In this document: in pieces, positions 51,566-63,540 of the stretch
Layout of the letters: each line of letters starts with the position of its first letter
Numbering within the stretch: the stretch's first letter is position 1
Assembly: GCF_006345805.1 (NCBI RefSeq)
Contig: NC_043023.1
Span: forward strand, 15,314,001-15,378,000
From: Octopus sinensis
Lineage: Eukaryota
Length of the DNA stretch: 64,000 bases
Reading direction: 5' to 3'
The notes under the pieces: generated by a model
The model's input: the letters and a program-made list of their open reading frames with translations, nothing else
Database searches by the model: none
Told to the model about the DNA's origin: nothing
Position numbers and translations under genes: made by a program

Positions 51566-52192
51566 TCTTTTACTTGGTTCAGTCATTTGACTGTGGCCAT
51601 GCTGGAGCACCGCCTTTAGTCGAGCATATCGACCCCAGGACTTATTCTTTGTAAGCCTAGTACTTATTCTATCTGTCTCTTTTGCCGAACTGCTAAGTTA
51701 CAGGGACATAAACACACCAGCATCGGTTGTCAAGCGATGTTGCGGGGACAAACAAAGGCACACAATCGTACACACACATGTGGCACGTAAAAAGCACCAT
51801 CTGATCGTTGCCGTTTGCCAGCCTCGTCTGGTACCTGTGTAGGTGGCACGTAAAAAGCACCCACTACACTCATGGAGTGGTTGGCGTTAGGAAGGGCATC
51901 CAGCTGTAGAAACACTGCCAGATCCGACTGGAGCCTGGTGCAGCCTCCTGGCTTCCCAGACTCTGGTTGAACCGTCCAACCCATGCTAGCATGGAAAACG
52001 GACGTTAAACGATGATGATGATATATACGACGGGCTTCTTTTCAGTTTCCGTCTACCAAATCCACTCACAAGGCTTTGGTCGGTCCGAAGCTATAGTAGA
52101 AGACACTTGCCCAAGGCGCCACACAATGGGACTGAACCCGGGACCATTTGGTTGGTAAGCAAGCTACTTACCATACAGCCACTCCTATGCCT
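51566..52192 (-). mobile_element. SINE family A with a nested family C element
   Basis: Tail at 51566-51615 and head at 52140-52192. Confidence 0.8.
51780..52022 (+). mobile_element. Short retroelement family C, (GAT)n tail
   Basis: gtggttggcgttaggaagggcatccagctgtagaaac...catgctagcatggaaaacggacgttaaacgatgatgat. An RTE-dependent SINE is inferred. Confidence 0.75.
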
Positions 52193-52626
52193 GGTGAAAT
52201 AAAATACAGCAATTGTATTACTTTTTATTGAATAAATTAATTGTTTCCATTTTCCTCATTTGCTTCAACTCATTAATTATGATGTGTGTTTTCCATTCAA
52301 ATAATATTGATTAAATTAATTTGTTCTATTTTCTTGTGGATGTGTCATTATCACACCAATATATGACATTCCAGTTCCCAATTACGATCGGTTGTGTCCT
52401 CCTGGACATGTTTTGAGTCTCAGGATTTGCAGTATTTGTGATAGCAACCCACATATTCTAGAACAAACTGGAGGCCTACTGCTTTTGTCATAGTGATTGG
52501 TGTAGAGTGGATGATACAGCCTACTTATTTTTTGCTAAATCATTCTGTAGATCCGGTTTTCATGGTCTTGTTCTTACCAGACACCAAGCAGGGATTTATG
52601 ATAGGCATCTTGGTTAGAATGGCACC

Positions 52627-52663
52627 TGTTGTGATGAGAGTAGACTGGTCCGAGTAAAGTATA
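52627..52663 (+). mobile_element. Stub of the same Gypsy LTR downstream of Z8
   Basis: ttagaatggcacc|tgttgtgatgagag..tagactggtccgagtaaagtata has the same junction as 7467. Confidence 0.65.
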
Positions 52664-53037
52664 CTCCCACCGCCAATCTCTGGGGCCCCTTCCATCTGTC
52701 CTTCTGCAACGGCGCTTGCGGTGGTTTGGACATGCATGTAGGCATCCGGTGGGTGAACTGAGCCGTGATGTCCTCCCAACTCCACTTCCCAACCGGTGGA
52801 AACGCATGGGCGGGCAGCTGAGGACCTGGGTTACGACAATCAAGGAGGACCTCTCTGTGCTCACGGGTCCAGAGGTGGTCTGCCTGCGCCGATGGAACCG
52901 TGACTGGCTTGCTATCTCCAGTGAACTGGTGCAGGACCATCGTGCGGGGGCTGCCATGGTTTGAGATGCCTCGAGGGTGGTAGAATAAGCCGACTCAACC
53001 CGACTGGGGTGAATGTCGCCACAAGTATAAGTAAGTA
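52664..53037 (+). mobile_element. RTE-type LINE 3' fragment with (TAAG)n tail
   Basis: RWFGHACRHP...WKRMGGQLRTWVTTIKEDL...DRAG-like C-terminus; tail caagtataagtaagta. Confidence 0.75.
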
Positions 53038-53039
53038 GA

Positions 53040-53520
53040 AGAGGGTGCCATGAAATCGGTCTTTCTGTTTATCAGGTAACCCTGGCTGAGGGGCATAAGC
53101 CAAGATTATGGTTGCTAACCCATGTTGCAACACTAATCTAAGCTTAAGTATTCTATCACAGACTCTGACTACCTTGATTACCTTATCAACCCATTCTCTC
53201 TGCAAGAAGTATATCCATGCCCTCAACTCCATCAGTATTCCCTACCCAGAAAATCTTATACCTACGTTCTTTGCTTGTGAGGAACCTAGTAGAACTTCCT
53301 CTCCACCTTACTTCTTGGAAGCAGCACAAATCTACATGGCTCCATTCAAGAATCTCAACAATCTCACCAGACCTATCTTTCAATGTGCCAATTCTGAGGT
53401 TGTGGAAGGTGTGGGCCTGCAAGACCCTGAGGTGGGGGACAGCAGCATCAGGTACCTGAAAAGAAAGCTTGAATTTGACAGAACTCATAAACATACAATA
53501 GCCTTCAACCTGCACACACT
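53040..53520 (-). mobile_element. RTE-type LINE apurinic-endonuclease fragment
   Basis: NLRIGTLKDRSGEIVEIL..VDLCCFQEVRWRG...YKIFWVGN / RVCDRILKLRLVL...IILAYAPQPG, frameshifted. Confidence 0.85.
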
Positions 53521-53865
53521 ACACCATTATTTTGTGCACTAAATTATCACTGCATTCCACAGGAGGTAAACACTAAGTATGGATGGGGGAGCATCTAAGC
53601 CATTGGAGGTGTTCAGGGGAAAGGCATCCAATGGGGGTCAGAACATAGGGACTTCCAGTATAGGTGATGGGGGTGGGATGGGCGGACACACCACGAAATG
53701 GCAAACACTCTGGCTGCTGGTGCAAAAGAATAACAACAACAATGATAATAATAATGAGATAGAACTGGACATTCGCATTCTTAACTAGAGCTGTAAGCAA
53801 CCGTATTCGGTTAGCCAAACTGTGTCAAAATTAGATAAATTATATTTGGTGTTGCTACATGATTT

Positions 53866-54350
53866 TACTTCACGAATGCTTTTTAGCAATTGCCATTTGG
53901 TGCATGAGAGAGTTCGATGAAGCTGCCCTCATCTGCACCTCCTGCCGTGAAGTTGGTTCATCTAGGACACCTGACAGGAAGAGATCCAGTTTTATTTTAA
54001 AGACATCTGCATCCACCCCATGCAGGTCTCTCAGGTCCTTCGAGAGGATATTGAAGAGCTGTGAACCTCTGAAGCCCAGGCTATCACAGTATCTTGTCCT
54101 ATATCTTGATGGCAAATTTGGAGTCCTTGGCACTATGCAGTGGCTCCCAGTTCTAGTATTTGTGTAACACTCGATGCCAAAGTTTGGGACAAGTCCTTCT
54201 AGGATCTTCCAGATGTATATTATGGCATATCTTTCTCGCCTACGCTCTAAGGAATAGTCTTAATCTCTTGAGTCTTTCCCAATAGCCCATATGCTGCACA
54301 GAGGCTATCTTCTTTGTGTAGCTTCGTTGGATTGCCTCAAGTTCTGTGAT
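53866..54350 (-). mobile_element. CR1/L2-type LINE ORF2 3' fragment
   Basis: ELEAIQRSYTKKI..MGYWERLKRLRL and SLGFRGSQLFNIL..LRDL..FKIKLDLFLSGVLDEP. Confidence 0.8.
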
Positions 54351-55313
54351 TAATTTGACACTGGATGGTTGTCCAGCGATGTTAGTGTGACAAACACAGA
54401 CACATAAGCACACACACAAACATACATATACACATATATACGACGGGCTTCTTTCCATGCTTCCTCAGATTCGCCAACACTACACCTGATTTTCTCCCCT
54501 CCATACACACGCAAGCATGTATCTGACTCATACACTGTTCACTTTCCAGTCATTTGTACATTACTGCATATACTTTATACACACTTTTGACAAGTTGTGG
54601 TGCACCTGAGCACTGTATACAGTAATTTCATTATTATTATTCTAAAAGTCGTGAACACAACCTAATTTCATTAATAGACCTGTTCAGCCAGGGATGATTC
54701 CGGGCTAAACAACAGTGACTTATCACATTTCTGAAGATAGTAGGAAGTTATTGTCCAATATTTTGTAGTTTAACATTTTACATAATATCTGAAGGTAAAG
54801 GAACGGAAGTCTGTGTATAGAGACTAATTATTCGGGTTAAGGTTTATATAAACAGTTTATTATTATGAAAATGTAGTAATATTTTTTATAGTTGAATCTC
54901 TGCTTTTCAAGTCTTTCCTGTATCTTCTACTGTTTCTGTGTCATTTCAGAATATGAGATGTTAGTGGTATAAAGGAGTTTTTACATCAGATACATCATGA
55001 ATATTGATCATCCTTTGAAGACTAATGGAAGATATTATAAATAATATATATAACCCTGTTTCTATTACAAATCTATGGTGAATAACTGTGAAATATTTCT
55101 TTGGAATTAATACGAACGTTTGTTTTCTTCATTGCCAGTATTTTACATTCTGTTTGAATTTGGAAAAATCTGTGAAGGTCTTTGTATTATCTTCAGATAT
55201 TCGAGAAGATCAGATTTGCTGTAAATATAGCAGTAGAAGTATTTGAATCAACAAAGACATTTATAAAGAAGAAAAGAAAAATATATTTTGGGGTCGTATA
55301 CTGCAGAAGAATA

Positions 55314-56459
55314 ATGAATCCACCGGAGATGACAAGAGAAAGAGAAAAATTATCAGACCAATGTGATATCTGTAAAAAGACTTTTTCTAATACAGCGAAT
55401 CTCACTGTTCACAAGTGTATTGATCCAAGTGGAAAGCAATTTCACTGTGATATCTGTGGCAGATCATTCTCTAAGAAAGATCATCTTACTCATCACAAAT
55501 ACATTCATACAGGAGAGAAACCATATCAGTGTAGTATTTGTGGTAAATCATTCTCTCAAAAGACTAGCCTTACTTATCACAAATACATTCATACAGGAGA
55601 GAAACCGCATCACTGTGACATCTGTGGTAAATCATTCTCCCAAAAAAGTCACCTTGATTCTCACAAATACATTCATACAGGAGAGAAACCATATCAGTGT
55701 GGTATTTGTGGTAAATCATTCTCTCAAAAGACTAGCCTTACTTATCACAAATACATTCACACAGGAGAGAAACCATATCAGTGTGGTATTTGTGGTAAAT
55801 CATTCTCTCAAAAGACTAGCCTTACTTCTCACAAATACATTCATACAGGAGAGAAACCACATCACTGTGATATTTGTAATAAATCCTTTTCAATAAGAAG
55901 TTCTTTAACTAAACACAAACTTATTCATGCTCATGAGAAGCCATTTCATTGTGATATTTGTGGTAAATCATTCACTCACAAATGTAACCTTACTTCTCAC
56001 AAATATATTCACACAGGAGAGAAACCATATCAGTGTGATATCTGTAATAAATCTTTTTCATTAAAAAGTTATTTAGCCACTCACAAACTAACACATACAG
56101 GTGAGAAGCCATATCACTGCGATATTTGTGGTAAATCATTCTCTCAAAAAGGTAGCCTTATTTCTCACAAATCCATTCATACAAGAGAGAAACCATATCA
56201 CTGCAATATCTGTGGTAAATCCTTTGTAGTGAGAAGTAATTTAACTGCTCATGAACTTACTCACACTAATGAAAGGCCATATCAGTGTGATATCTGTGGT
56301 AAATCATTCTCTCATAAAAGTAATTTTAATAGACACAAATACATTCATACAGGAGAGAAACAATATCACTGCAATATATGTGGTAAATCCTTTGTATTAA
56401 GAAGTTATTTAACTGCTCATGAATGTACTCACACTGATGAGAGGGCATATCTGTGGTAA
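55314..56459 (+). CDS. Z9: C2H2 zinc-finger protein, 381 aa, 13 fingers (finger 1 H->D)
   Basis: ATG 55314 (the track start at 55182 is a non-ATG codon). An 11-bp loss at an atatc microhomology ends the ORF; a relic finger runs to TAG at 56521-56523. Confidence 0.9.
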   Translation: MNPPEMTREREKLSDQCDICKKTFSNTANLTVHKCIDPSGKQFHCDICGRSFSKKDHLTHHKYIHTGEKPYQCSICGKSFSQKTSLTYHKYIHTGEKPHHCDICGKSFSQKSHLDSHKYIHTGEKPYQCGICGKSFSQKTSLTYHKYIHTGEKPYQCGICGKSFSQKTSLTSHKYIHTGEKPHHCDICNKSFSIRSSLTKHKLIHAHEKPFHCDICGKSFTHKCNLTSHKYIHTGEKPYQCDICNKSFSLKSYLATHKLTHTGEKPYHCDICGKSFSQKGSLISHKSIHTREKPYHCNICGKSFVVRSNLTAHELTHTNERPYQCDICGKSFSHKSNFNRHKYIHTGEKQYHCNICGKSFVLRSYLTAHECTHTDERAYLW

Positions 56460-56833
56460 ATCATTCTCTGGAAAAAGTAACCTTACTAGACACAAATACA
56501 TTCATACAGGAGAGAAATCATAGCACTGTGATATCTGCAGTAAATCATTCTAAGTCTATTCATAAAGGAGACAAACTATGTCACTGTGATATCTGTGGTA
56601 AATCATTCTCTTGGGAATGTGCTATATATACTCATAAATGTATTCATACAAGAGAGAAGCCCTTTCACTGTAAGAGGTGTGGCAAATCATTGTCTGTAGA
56701 ACAATATTTAACTAATCACAAATACATTCATACAGGAGAGAAAGCACTGTAATATCTGCAGTAAATCATTCTGCGTGAGAAAATATTTTTATCACAAATC
56801 CACTTAGATTGGGGAGATATTGTATCACTGTGA

Positions 56834-57105
56834 TCATCATCATCATCGTTTAGCGTCCACTTTCCATGCTAGCATGGGTTGGACGGTTCAACTGGGGTGT
56901 GGGAAGCCAGAAGGCTGCACCAGGCTCCAGTCTGATCTGGCAGTGTTTCTACAGCTGGATGCCCTTCTTAACGCCAACCACTCCGTGATTGTAGTGGGTA
57001 CTTTTTACGTGCCACCGGCAAAGGTGCCAGACGGAACTGGCAAACGGCCACGTTCGGATGGTTCACTTATGTGCCACCGGCCTTGGTATCACAGCTACAA
57101 ATTCC
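56834..57105 (-). mobile_element. Short retroelement family C
   Basis: Reverse complement of the 51780 element with a (cat)n tail. Confidence 0.75.
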
Positions 57106-57539
57106 ATTGATGTTGATCGATTATGACTTTGATTTTTGGTTTTGATATCTGTAGTAAATCATTCTCTTAGGATTATGTTGTTTAACTAATTTTAAATGCA
57201 TTCATACAGGAGAGAAGACATATTGCTGTGTTATCTGTGCAAAATCATTCTCTTAACGTAATTTAACTAAACCTGATTTATTCATATTGATCAATAACAA
57301 TGCCAGTGATAAAATGGGGAATAAAATACAGCAATTGTATTACTTTTTTTGAGAGAAATAAATTTTTTACATTTTCCTCATTTGCATCAACTCATTAATT
57401 ATGATGTGTGTGGTTTTCATTCAAACAATTTTAATTACATTAATTTGCTGTTTTCTTGTGGATATATTATTCCGACACCATTGTATCACATTCCAGTTCC
57501 CAACGATGATCAGTTGTTCTCTGCTGGACATGCTTAGGC

Positions 57540-58850
57540 TATCCCACGATCTGCAGCCTATAATCTAATGAAAATATGTGTCCATATCTTGTACTGGGTA
57601 CACTACATGGAGTTTCTCCTGACATCTTTTCTACATGCCGAGCAGGGCCATCTCTCTGACAAGATCTGTCTTTGGTCTTTGCTAAATTTACTGTATAGTT
57701 TTTCAATCCAGATTTTGCTTCCATACCTAAAATTTGGGATCTTTTCCTTTTGAACGGTGCTTTTCAACACAATTTCTAGTTAACTAAACACTTTTAAACT
57801 TCGTATACTATTAGAATGTGTTTATAAAACATCATTATTTCTTGGCTTTATTGAGAAAATTCTATAGTTTGTAAGATATTTCGTCTGAAAATTCGAGTAT
57901 TTTGGCAATTTTAACTGATCGCTGACCCCCATTTAGGTAAATAACATTCTGTGCATAATGAATATGTCCCTCCTTTAAGAAACAGATTGGGTTTATTTAC
58001 ATTTGTGAAGAAAAAAAGATACCATTCCCCCACCCCGAACCCTAAATCTAAAAGAGATTGAAATGCAATAGATCGATACTAGGGCCATAATTATGGATGA
58101 CAATTTCATACGACACCGCTACAGAAAGTGGGATTTTTTTCTAGCGGTGTCAAATGAAAATGTCACCCATAATTACGGCCCTAGTATCGATCTATTGCAT
58201 TTCAATCTATTTTAGAGTTAGAGTTAGGGGAGTGGGAAGGGTATCTTTTTTTCTTCACAAATGTAAATAAACCCAATCTGTTTCTTAAAGGAGGGACATA
58301 TTCATACAGCACGGAATATTTACCTAAATAGACTCCAGCGATTGGTTAAAATTGCCAAAATACTCGAATTTTCAGACGAAATATCTTACAAACTATAGAA
58401 TTTTCTCAATAAAGCCAAGAAAAATGATGTTTTATAAACACATTCTTCCAGTATACAAAGTTTAAAAGTGTTTAGTTAACTAGAAATTATGTTACAAAGT
58501 GCCGTTCAAAAGGAAAAGATCCGAAATTTGTTCTCTAATTTTGGTAGGGATTCAGCAATAATAACAAGGTCATCAGCTTGGAAGAGATCCCAAGGGCAGC
58601 CAATCTTACCAACCACTCATCTCTCCCTAGCTTCTCTATTTCTCACCAAATAATGGAGTAGGGGACTCTGTCAAAAGCTTTTTCCATGTCAACAAAATCC
58701 AAATGCAAAGATATATCTTTGACCAAGTACTTCTGCTTTTGCCTCACCAGGAAGATAGCATTGCTGGTGCTTCTACTTGATACAATTCTACACCTTGATC
58801 CATGGAACTTATATTGATATTTGAGGAGACCTATTGAGTCAAGTACATTA
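57540..58850 (-). mobile_element. RTE-type reverse-transcriptase fragment interrupted by a MITE
   Basis: RSTSNAIFLVRQ..FVDMEKAFDRVP..IW and GCPWDLFQADDLVIIAESL..LENKFQVWKQ.L..VNLAKTK; internally deleted. Confidence 0.8.
57737..58522. mobile_element. Complete foldback MITE type II (786 bp) with 8-bp TSD
   Basis: aaaatttg|GGATC...GATCC|gaaatttg. The uninterrupted site gcttccatacctgaaatttgttctc is present in the inverted copy near 59145-59170. Confidence 0.92.
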
Positions 58851-58862
58851 ACATCAAAAAAT

Positions 58863-59364
58863 CAATTGAAATTGTAGTTGTGATACCTGTGCCGGTGGCA
58901 AGTAAAAAGCACCATCCGAACATGACTGATGCCAGCACCACCTTGACTGGCTTCCTTGCTGGTAAAAAGCATCAACCGATCATAGCCGTTGCCAGCCTTG
59001 CCTGGCACCTGTGCTGGTGGCATGTAAAATGCACCCACTACACTCACGGAGTGGTTGGCATTAGGAAGGAATTTAAGATTGGCTGCCCTTGGGATCTCTT
59101 CCAAGCTGATGACCTTGTTCTTATTGCTGAATCCCTACCACAATTAGAGAACAAATTTCAGGTATGGAAGCAAGATCTGGATTGAAAAACCATACAGTAA
59201 ATTTAGCAAAGACCAAAGACAGATCCTGTCAGGGAGATGGCCCTGCTCGGCATGGAGAAAAGGGCATCAGACTGGGCCTGGTGCAGCCTTCTGGCTTCCC
59301 AGACCCCAGTCGAACCATCCAACCCATGCTAGCATGGAAAACGGACACTGAACGATGATGATGC
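58863..59364 (+). mobile_element. Family C element interrupted by an inverted copy (59076-59258) of the neighbouring RT fragment
   Basis: Family C head to ...ggcattaggaagg, then the RT piece GCPWDLFQADDLV, then the family C tail to (gat)n. Confidence 0.7.
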
Positions 59365-59640
59365 TGTGAATGTGAGATAAAGAGTTGGCACAAAAGAACT
59401 ACCATTTGAGCCTTATCGATGCCAGTGCCATCTGGCTGCCCCCCCTTCCGTGCCAGTCACACTGGAAAAACACCCACTACACTCTTGTTGTTAAGCAACA
59501 AGACAGGTAAGGGAAATAAAAAATCTTTGGTCGTCTTGTTGCAGTCGAGGGCGCTTTCCATTGACGCCTGACACCACTGGGAGGTGGCCCTTGAAGTCAG
59601 TGGAAATGGAGATCTCCAGGTCCAAATTCTTGGACAGCCC

Positions 59641-59785
59641 CGCTACACTCTCGGAGTGGTTGGCATTAGGAAGGGCACCCAGCTGTAGAAACTCTGCCAG
59701 ATCAGATTGGAGCCTGGTGCAGCCCTCAGTCAAAATCGTCCAACCCATGCCAGTATGGAAAGTGGATGTTAAATGATGATGATGA
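59641..59785 (+). mobile_element. Short retroelement family C (3' part)
   Basis: gagtggttggcattaggaagggcacccagctgtagaaac...aaatgatgatgatg. Confidence 0.7.
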
Positions 59786-59875
59786 ACCATTTACATTTTT
59801 ACAATAGATATTTATAGGGAAGTCCCATGTTGAATAATTCTAACCAATTGCATTGTAAACTACAGCAATTTTAGA

Positions 59876-60232
59876 ACGGGACAACATTGCATAGTGCCAA
59901 AGATCCCGGCAATGACATCATGCTTCAGGACCAGCTTCTGCAACAGGCTGGGTTTCAAGGGCCCACAGCTTTTTAATATTCTCCCAAAGAGTCTGAGGAA
60001 CTTGCACAAGGTAGATGTAGTGATTTTTAAATCAAAGCTGGACATCTTCCTGTCGAGAGTCCCAGATGAACCTACCTCACGGCAAGAGGTGCAAATGAGA
60101 GTAGCTATATCAAACTCCATTCTTCACCAAGTGCCACACATTAGAGGAAGTTCTTCGTAATAACATTCTAGTACAAAACGGCGGTGCATCAGCATGGCCG
60201 CAGCTCTGAGCTGAAACAAGAAAAAAAAAAAA
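59876..60232 (+). mobile_element. CR1/L2-type LINE 3' end with A-rich tail
   Basis: RLGFKGPQLFNILPKSLRNL..FKSKLDIFLSRVPDEP, stop at 60160, 3' UTR ggcggtgcatcagcatggccgcag..ctgaaac, then an A-run. Confidence 0.85.
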
Positions 60233-60379
60233 TTGGTACCAAACAGATAATCAACATATTTAACAATGAAGACATTGCATGCTTTCACTTGAAATGTGAC
60301 ATATCCCCACATTTTGCCTATGAAATTTAATTTGTCACCCGTCATGCTACAAAGAAATTTTGCTGTTTTTCTCAACATA

Positions 60380-60921
60380 GGCGCAGGAGTGGCTGTGTGG
60401 AAAGTAGCTTGCTTATGAACCATAAGGTTCCGGGTTCAGCCCCACTGCATGGCATCTTGGTCAAGTGTCTTCTACTATAGCCTTGGCTTGACCAAAGCCT
60501 TGTGAGCGGATTTGGTAGACGGAAACTGAAAGAAGCCCGTCATATATATATATATATGTGTGTTTGTGTTTGTCCCCCTAGCATTGCTTGACAACCGATG
60601 CTGGTGTGTTTATGTCCCCGTCACTTAGTGGTTCGGCAAAAGAGACCGATATCATAAGTACTGGGCTTACAAAAGAATAAGTCCTGGGGTCGATTTGCTC
60701 GATTAAAGGCAGTGCTCCAGTCAAATGACTGAAAGAAGTAAAAGAGTATAGGCATAGGAGTGGCTGTGTGGTAAGTTTCTTGCTTCTGAACCATAAGGTT
60801 CCAGGTTCAGTCCCACTACGTGGCACCTTGGGCAAGTGTTTTCTACTATAGCCTCGGACCGACTGAAACCTTGTAAGTGGATTTGGTAGACAAAAACTGA
60901 AAGAAGCCCATCATATATATG

Positions 60922-60952
<31 letters not shown>

Positions 60953-61157
60953 AAGTTTGTATGTCTATATTTCTCCCCCCAACATCGCTTGACAATTGAA
61001 GCTGGTGCGTTTATGTCTCTGTAACTTAGCGGTTCGGCAAAAGTGACTGATAGAATAAGTATTGGGCTTACAAAGAATAAGTCCTGGTGTTTATTTGCTT
61101 GACTAAAGGTGGTGCTCCACCATGGCCACTGTCAAATGACTGAAACATGTAGAAGAG
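60380..61157 (+). mobile_element. Two tandem SINE family A copies (60380-60745, 60751-61157)
   Basis: Two heads (ggcgcaggagtggctgtgtgg, ggcataggagtggctgtgtgg) and two tails. The second copy shares its right flank with 5813 and 40571. Confidence 0.85.
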
Positions 61158-62589
61158 ATAGGTTTCCCTATTTTCTTCCATATACAGTCAACTCTCGCTA
61201 CTTTGCCACCCTGTGGGACTGAGCCAGAGTGGCATAGTACCGAGGGTCTGTTATCTAAACACTACATAACCAAAAATTTACTGAACATACGAATAAAAAT
61301 TCATAGGGTAGGAAGTAAGGCCAATAAGAAGTTCAATGCAATGGTAAAAAGAAGACATCCATGTTTATTAAGTTCAAATTGCTTTTAGTTAATCCTGAAG
61401 CTCTCAAAAATTGTCGGCTGACTCATCTACTTTCGGCGGTTTTCATTCATTTCATTGTCTAGCCTATCATACGCCTGCATGACCCTGGGTTCTCCGCTGC
61501 TCTTCTGCTGCATAAACTTTCGGATAGTGCTCCATGCTCTCTGGGCATCTGCAAAACTGGCATAGTAGGGAGAGTTCACTGTATCCATATTTATTATTGA
61601 AATATCACTTCCAATGTCTAACTGAAGTTTAATATGTATTCCAATCATTTTTACGTGTACGAATTTTGTTTCTGTTCAGAGCCCTCTAGGATCTTTAATG
61701 GTTAATCTTCAGAATTTAGTTCTGCAGTGTGAATTTCTGTATATTCAGTGTTGTAAGGCCTTGTACCAAAAGAAGACACCTGAATATTTTAGGTGTAAAT
61801 TCTTTGAGTTTAAAAATATTCACACATTCTGTTAATTGTTCCTGCGTATGTGATAAAATCACCATCCTCTTTTTTCATTATATTCCAAAACACCATCCAA
61901 GTGTTAGAGAAGTTTTATCACCGAATATGTTAGACAGTAATTCTATTGTTTCTTTAAAACAAATTTCATTGAGTTTTTTCGGGTAATATGAAATTAAAAT
62001 AATGTTCATACTCAGATGGGGCTCATTTATGTCATAATAACCTTACTTTTTCTGTGTCTGACCATGTCTTACAATCATCCTTAAAAATTAGCTGCTGTAG
62101 TACAATGCAACAGTTATACCATCCTCTGGGTTATAACTGGATTCATCGAGTCCAAAACGTCATCTGGCAAAAATGTACTTCCCTCATTTTTGGACTTCTT
62201 TGAATAAAGCTCCAATAATTGTTGTTGTTGCTGCCTTTGTCGATTTTTCAACAGTTTTAAAGAAGCTAATTAGTCTTCCATGATTTAACAATTTTGTATC
62301 ACAAAAATTTGTTAACTGACCTGCAAGAGCTTCGAAACCCTCATCGCCAGATGTTGTAACATAATTGTTCCGTACAATAAATAAGATAACCAGAAAATTG
62401 TAACAACAATCTAATGAACTAACAAATCTTTTAAGAACCAACATTCAATATTACTTAGGAAGTAAACCAAGTGACACCTTCCGACTTCAATTGACTCTGA
62501 ACCGCAAACCCACTCAGATCGTTACTATTTATACTTTACTCGAACCAGTCTATCTCTCACAAGGGGACATGGTAACTCTCATCACAACA
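61158..62589 (-). mobile_element. Decayed Gypsy LTR-gag-protease relic (copy 3)
   Basis: LTR at 62352-62589, intact PBS-like motif, protease KLQLDIGSDISIIN. Confidence 0.85.
61185..61581. mobile_element. Tigger/pogo-like MITE (397 bp) with TA TSD
   Basis: TA|cagtcaactctcgctactttgcc...ggcatagtagggagagttcactg|TA. Absent at the paralogous site near 40951. Confidence 0.85.
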
Positions 62590-63540
62590 GGTGCCATTCT
62601 AACCAGATGCCCATCATAAATCCATGCTTGGTGTCTGGTAAGAACAAGACCATGAAAACCTGCTCTACAGAAGGATTTAGCAAAAAATAAGTATGATGAT
62701 AATCACTTGCATGGGTTGAGCGGGGATGTGCTTGAACCATAGGTAGAGTGGGGCATTAGGCTTTTGAAAAATATTTCCCACTCTACACCCAAAACTGTGA
62801 CAAACAGCAATAAGCCTCCAGCTAGTGCCAGAATATGTGGGCAGTAGCACAAAGGGTGCAGATCCTGGGATCCCTGAGTGTGTCCAGCAGAGGATAACTG
62901 ATCACGGCTGGGAACTGGAGTGTAATACATTTGTGTCAAAATAATATATCCACAAGAAAACAGAGCAAATTAATATAATCAATATTGTTTGAATAAAAAA
63001 CACAAATCGTAATTAGTGAGTTGATGCAAATGAGGAAAATGTGAAAAATGAATTTATTTTGTAAAAAGTAATACATTTGCTGTATTTTATTCAGCAGGAC
63101 ATCTGTTTTATCATTGATATTGTTATTGATCAATATGAATAAGTATATGTTTAGTTAAGGTAGATTATTGAGAGAATGATTTAGCACAGATTACACAGTC
63201 ATAAGAATCTTCTCCTGTATGAATATGCTTGTGTTTAGTTTATTATTTCTCTCTATGAAAGAATGACTTGTCACAGATGTCACAGTGATATGATTTCTCT
63301 CCTGTATGAATGGATTTGTGATGAGTTCAATATTGTTCCACAGAGAATGATTTACCTCAGATATCACAGCAATAGAGTTTCTCTCCTGTATGAATACGTT
63401 TATAAGTATATACTGCATATTCCTGAGAGAATGATTTGCTGCAGACATCACAGTCACATAGTTTCTCTCCAGTATGAGCAGACTTGTAATTAATTAAATA
63501 TTTTCTTAAATGGAATGATTTGCCTGCAGATACTACAGTG

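Noticed and set aside
59490-59640. Possible RTE endonuclease scrap (ISTDFKGHL)
   Set aside because: Too short and degenerate to support by eye.
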